DNA of 51,506 nucleotides from an uncultured Gammaproteobacteria bacterium (GTDB lineage Bacteria; Patescibacteriota; Patescibacteriia; Patescibacteriales; UBA12465). The stretch's first letter is position 1; each line of letters opens with the position of its first letter. The notes under the pieces are model-generated. The model saw nothing but the letters and a program-made list of their open reading frames with translations, was not told the DNA's origin and ran no database searches. Shown here one piece after another: positions 48,117-51,506 of the stretch. Location: assembly GCA_964539545.1 (NCBI GenBank), contig CAZIJG010000006.1, forward strand, positions 1-51,506, in the 5' to 3' direction. The translations under genes and the position numbers were made by a program.

Positions 48117-48761
48117 TTATTTCTTTTTCTTAGCTACGACTTTCTTAACAACTTTTTTCTTAACCATGGTTTCCTTAACAACTTTCTTAGGGGCTGCTTT
48201 CCCCTTTTTGGCTACAGCTTTTTCCTTAATCACCTTTTTGACTTCTTTTACAACCGACTGTTCTTTTTTAACTACTCTTTTAGATAGAGCTTTAGCTGAC
48301 AACATATTTAAAATGTCATCCAGCTTATTATTCAACATTTCAAACTGTTTCGCATATTGATCAGGAGTAACAGTGTTTCTCTTACTTTCGTTTCTTTCAA
48401 TTTTCCCAAAACAATCACTACAAAAAACGGGTTTATCACCAGTTGGTCTAAATGGAACCTCGCAATCTTGATGACATTTATCGCAGACAACTTTAAACAT
48501 CTTTTTATCTCCAGAACCTAGACGATCAAAAGATCTCTTATTAGATCGACCATTACCACCATCTTTATTATTGAAACAATCACTACAAAAAACGGGTTTA
48601 TCACCAGTTGGTCTAAATGGAACTTTACAATTCTGACCACAATTTGAACAGACAGCATCATACATTAAGGGTCTATCTGATCTATCTCCTTGTCCAAAGC
48701 TACGATTGCCGTCAAAATTTCTTCCACCGCCAGATCTATCTCCTTGATTAAATCTTCCCAT
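48117..48761 (-). CDS. Tandem CxxC-x17-CxxC domain protein with Lys-rich tail
   Basis: Two CxxC...VPFRPTGDKPVFCSDCF units, RG-rich N-terminus and KKVVK tail. Confidence 0.92.
   Translation of the reverse strand: MGRFNQGDRSGGGRNFDGNRSFGQGDRSDRPLMYDAVCSNCGQNCKVPFRPTGDKPVFCSDCFNNKDGGNGRSNKRSFDRLGSGDKKMFKVVCDKCHQDCEVPFRPTGDKPVFCSDCFGKIERNESKRNTVTPDQYAKQFEMLNNKLDDILNMLSAKALSKRVVKKEQSVVKEVKKVIKEKAVAKKGKAAPKKVVKETMVKKKVVKKVVAKKKK
48409..48623. repeat. Exact 50-bp direct repeat (48409-48458, 48574-48623)
   Basis: AAACAATCACTACAAAAAACGGGTTTATCACCAGTTGGTCTAAATGGAAC occurs twice. Confidence 0.9.
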
Positions 48762-48847
48762 AATTTTAATATTAATTAATCATATTATTATATAATTGAC
48801 TCTAAATTACAAATGGGTTATCCGTCTTAAAAATAATTAGAGACATA

Positions 48848-49039
48848 TTATGATTTATTTTTTGCAATCTTCTCTAAAAAAGAAGAAGAAATACCTACTT
48901 CTGATTCTAATAGCTCATCATATTTTTCTTTTTCGACAGTATCCACTCTTTTTTCTTCTAGGTCATCATATTTCTCTTCCACCTTATTACTGTTATCTAC
49001 CTTAATATCCTCAAAGCTTATATTATTTTGGCTATTAAT
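48848..49039 (-). pseudogene. Unannotated acidic 63-codon open frame without ATG (gene remnant or non-canonical start)
   Basis: INSQNNISFEDIKVDNSNKVEEKYDDLEEKRVDTVEKEKYDELLESEVGISSSFLEKIAKNKS*. Confidence 0.35.
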
Positions 49040-49200
49040 TTATATCTCCAGCATAGCACACCAAAATATATACTTAAAGTATAAAAAAACACTACTAAAA
49101 ACGATATTTTAAACAAATTCACACTTAGAAGGCTTTAAATAGAACTATTTAGAAAAAATAATTTTGAAATAGAAATTAGCATTTCAAAAATCATATTGAT

Positions 49201-49241
49201 TTGACAAAATTATTTACTTGATATATATTTGACATATCAAA
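49201..49241 (+). promoter_or_regulatory. MarR promoter and probable auto-operator
   Basis: TTGACA-17-TATATT; near-palindrome TTTGACATATCAAA at 49228-49241. Confidence 0.65.
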
Positions 49242-49266
49242 CATTAATCAATAAATAATCTAAAAT

Positions 49267-49692
49267 ATGAAAAACATCAATTCATCTATGAAATTTTGTT
49301 TAGATATAGCAAAATTCCAAACTAAGCTATCACGCCGTTTAGATAGCCATTTAGGCGGTCTTGGTTTTAATGAGCTAATAATTCTCTATCTCCTTAGTCA
49401 ATCTGATGAACAAAAAATGCGTCGAATTGATTTAGCAGAAAAAATTGGCTTAACAGCTTCCGGTGTCACTCGCCTACTTCTTCCAATGGAAAAAATAGGT
49501 CTTATTAAAAAAGAAATGAATAAAAGAGATGCTCGAGTTAGTTTAGTTAAACTAACTTCGGCTGGAAAAATAAATTTAAAAGAAGGAGTTGAACGATTTG
49601 AATTATTTTGTGAAGAGATAATATCCTCAGATAAAATCAAAAAAATTGAAGAATTTTCAAAATTGCTTGTTAAAATAAATAAAAATATATAA
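49267..49692 (+). CDS. MarR family regulator
   Basis: DLAEKIGLTASGVTRLL and RDARVSLVKLT motifs. Confidence 0.93.
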   Translation: MKNINSSMKFCLDIAKFQTKLSRRLDSHLGGLGFNELIILYLLSQSDEQKMRRIDLAEKIGLTASGVTRLLLPMEKIGLIKKEMNKRDARVSLVKLTSAGKINLKEGVERFELFCEEIISSDKIKKIEEFSKLLVKINKNI

Positions 49693-49727
49693 TTTATATA
49701 TGCCCCATAATTATTCAACGTGACTAT

Positions 49728-49799
49728 AAAAAATACGCCAATATCGGCATATTTTTTAGTTAACACAAAATCGTAGACAATGTTAGAACCAATATCTAA
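49728..49799 (+). repeat. Hairpin plus TCGTAGACAATGTTAGAAC unit (copy 1)
   Basis: AAAAAATACGCC-aatatc-GGCATATTTTTT, then a 19-mer 17/19 identical to 51462-51480. Confidence 0.65.
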
Positions 49800-49820
49800 G
49801 TAATCGGTTAATATCCTATA

Positions 49821-50963
49821 TTACTTTTTATTAAAAATTACTTTTTTAAAATACCCCCAATAATCAATATCGCCTAATAAGAGCTCAAAATAGTATTTTG
49901 CATACTTATTGTTATTTTTCATTTTTCTCAGTTCATATGATAACAATACTTTATGAAAGAAAAACTTTTTTACAAAATGGCTTTGTTTTAAAAATTTAAT
50001 TACGTCTTTTTGAGTAGATCTGTTATAGTTTTCAACTATGTCTCCATTACTAATTATTGCTTCAGCAGCTAATCGGCCACTTTTTATAGCAAAATATATC
50101 CCTTCTCCTGTAATAGCTTCTACAAAACCAGCTGCATCCCCTACTAATAACACATTGTCCTTTGCTGGTGTTTTAACAAAATTATGAAAAGGTACTGGAA
50201 ATCCTTTTATTTCCAGTTCAGAGAATTCTTTGTTTGTGATCTTATTTAAAAAATCAACAAATATCTCTCTTATATTATTTGAATTTTTACTCATCAAACC
50301 CCCAATCCCCACTATCACCTTCTCCTTCTTGGGGAAAATCCATCCATACCCACTATTCAAAACGCCGACAAATATTTCTGGAAGTATTTTCTTATCATCA
50401 AAAAAACTTGTATCTGCATATTCAATCTCGGCTTCGATCGCTATTGTATAATCATTTTTGTTTTCAGGAAAATAGAAATTTTTCCTAACTACACTATTTG
50501 CTCCATCAGCTCCAACTAAAATTCTTGAAGCAAATTTCTCCCCCGTTTCTAGGGTAATAATAAATTCGTTACCCTGTTTTTTTATGCCTAACACCCTTTT
50601 TCCTGTTAATACTTTGCAACCAGACTCTTTAGCTTTATTAAACAAATAATCATCAAAAGTAATTCGATTTACAAAATACATCCTTTTGCTAACATGGCTG
50701 CATTCGCAAATTCTTTCATTATTTGCGTTACTTATACCAAAAGTATCATACGAGCTATCGATAAAATCTTTATCGTCAACATCACTATAAATCTTTTTAA
50801 TCAGTTCCATAGTCTTTTCAGTTATCATTCCGCCACAAAGCTTATCGCGAGGAAAATTGTCCTTATCGATTATCAAACAATTCTCACCACTGTCAGCAAG
50901 AACTTTACCGGAAGTTGAACCAGCTGGTCCACCTCCGATTATAATAATGTCATATTTTTTCAT
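49821..50963 (-). CDS. Geranylgeranyl reductase family FAD-dependent oxidoreductase
   Basis: GGGPAG, RDKLCGG, GADG, GYGWIFP and GDAAGFVEAITGEGI motifs. Confidence 0.92.
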   Translation of the reverse strand: MKKYDIIIIGGGPAGSTSGKVLADSGENCLIIDKDNFPRDKLCGGMITEKTMELIKKIYSDVDDKDFIDSSYDTFGISNANNERICECSHVSKRMYFVNRITFDDYLFNKAKESGCKVLTGKRVLGIKKQGNEFIITLETGEKFASRILVGADGANSVVRKNFYFPENKNDYTIAIEAEIEYADTSFFDDKKILPEIFVGVLNSGYGWIFPKKEKVIVGIGGLMSKNSNNIREIFVDFLNKITNKEFSELEIKGFPVPFHNFVKTPAKDNVLLVGDAAGFVEAITGEGIYFAIKSGRLAAEAIISNGDIVENYNRSTQKDVIKFLKQSHFVKKFFFHKVLLSYELRKMKNNNKYAKYYFELLLGDIDYWGYFKKVIFNKK

Positions 50964-51030
50964 ATACCAAAAATTATTTTAATACTTTATTAGTTTAACA
51001 TAACTTCCATCTCTCTAAAATATCGCTCTA

Positions 51031-51150
51031 GTTCGATTCCTACTTCTAGATATCAAAAAATAATGCTAACATTAGCGTCATTTTAGATATGCCCGCTTAG
51101 AAAAATTTAAATGGAATACTTTAAAAAAAATGATATTGCAATATAACTAG
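51031..51150 (+). repeat. T-loop-like motif plus GCTAACATTAGC hairpin plus short coding-like stub (unit 2)
   Basis: GTTCGATTCC at 51031-51040; GCTAACATTAGC at 51065-51076, identical to 51426-51437. Confidence 0.45.
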
Positions 51151-51415
51151 ACAAAATAAAAAGTCCCACTTTAATTAGAAGGACTTATAAGCAATAAATA
51201 CTTTTTACTCCATTTCTTTCTCTGCGTGATAAATACAGGAAATCTTTGTGTTAATCATAAATCTATTTTCAGCCATACGGCCTGAAAGAGCAATTATGTG
51301 ATAATCCGTTGACAAAAGTTTATAGATGAATTGATTTATTTATACAGTTTTTATGAGTTTTATATTATTTAAATAATATCACAAAAAAAACTCCATTGTC
51401 ACTTAACGCAAATAC

Positions 51416-51496
51416 AAAAAACATCGCTAACATTAGCAATATTTTAAACAAACGCACGGAGTCGTGGACGATGTTAGAACTAACATTTACCAATAA
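51416..51496 (+). repeat. Hairpin plus TCGTGGACGATGTTAGAAC unit (copy 3)
   Basis: GCTAACATTAGC at 51426-51437; 19-mer at 51462-51480. Confidence 0.65.
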
Positions 51497-51506
51497 CATT
51501 AACAAA

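Noticed and set aside
48409-48623. 50-bp repeat as CRISPR or DGR TR/VR
   Set aside because: Only two copies, in frame within a duplicated domain; no adenine-specific differences, and no RT or cas genes.
319-50918. Numerous 60-122-aa ORFs antisense to or nested in long genes (e.g. 319..675, 9586..9942, 36735..37058, 49398..49766)
   Set aside because: Shadow frames of well-supported genes with no recognisable motifs.
51031-51040. Intact tRNA around GTTCGATTCC
   Set aside because: No convincing T-stem, acceptor stem or anticodon arm.
51205-51315. Small minus-strand ORF (23-36 aa) upstream of a hairpin at 51158-51186
   Set aside because: Too short and no motif; not supportable as a gene.
49771-51480. 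Classical integron attC sites
   Set aside because: GTTAGAA does not fit GTTRRRY, no complementary RYYYAAC-bounded long hairpin was found, and there is no intI.
1-51506. Alternative genetic code (UGA=Gly)
   Set aside because: Conserved genes are full length under the standard code and several end in TGA at expected positions.

Overview
AT-rich bacterial chromosome segment using the standard code, with most genes on the minus strand. Gene content and style point to Patescibacteria/CPR (Parcubacteria-like; inference): two DUF4012-like proteins, a sigma-r4/HARE-HTH protein, a short TsaB, weak or absent Shine-Dalgarno sites and leaderless promoters. The backbone is housekeeping. Cell envelope: GT4 and GT2 glycosyltransferases, an O-antigen ligase-like protein, rmlA/rmlD, uppP, murI and mraZ-rsmH-ftsL-ftsI-murF. 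Translation: rplJ-rplL with an L10 leader, tgt, dusB, tsaB, cysS and hisS. Other: rnhB, rarA and greA. No rRNA, intact tRNA, CRISPR array, transposase or integrase gene was seen. The most notable signals are: (1) five or six orphan single-gene modules sharing the layout TTGAC-17/18-TATNNT, a boxA-like TGTT(C/T)(A/T)... motif at the transcript start, the ORF and its own terminator, two of them also sharing a 34-bp palindromic promoter-operator; (2) at the right end, repeated 'hairpin plus VD(D/N)VRTNI-coding stub' units separating unrelated genes, resembling recombinase att scars; (3) a tRNA 3' fragment with arm-type-like repeats at the left end; (4) an EamA transporter-riboflavin kinase fusion; (5) a TGT lacking all four Zn ligands; (6) DnaA boxes and MraZ-type repeats at the dcw promoter. 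All family calls come from motif recognition by eye; no searches were run.
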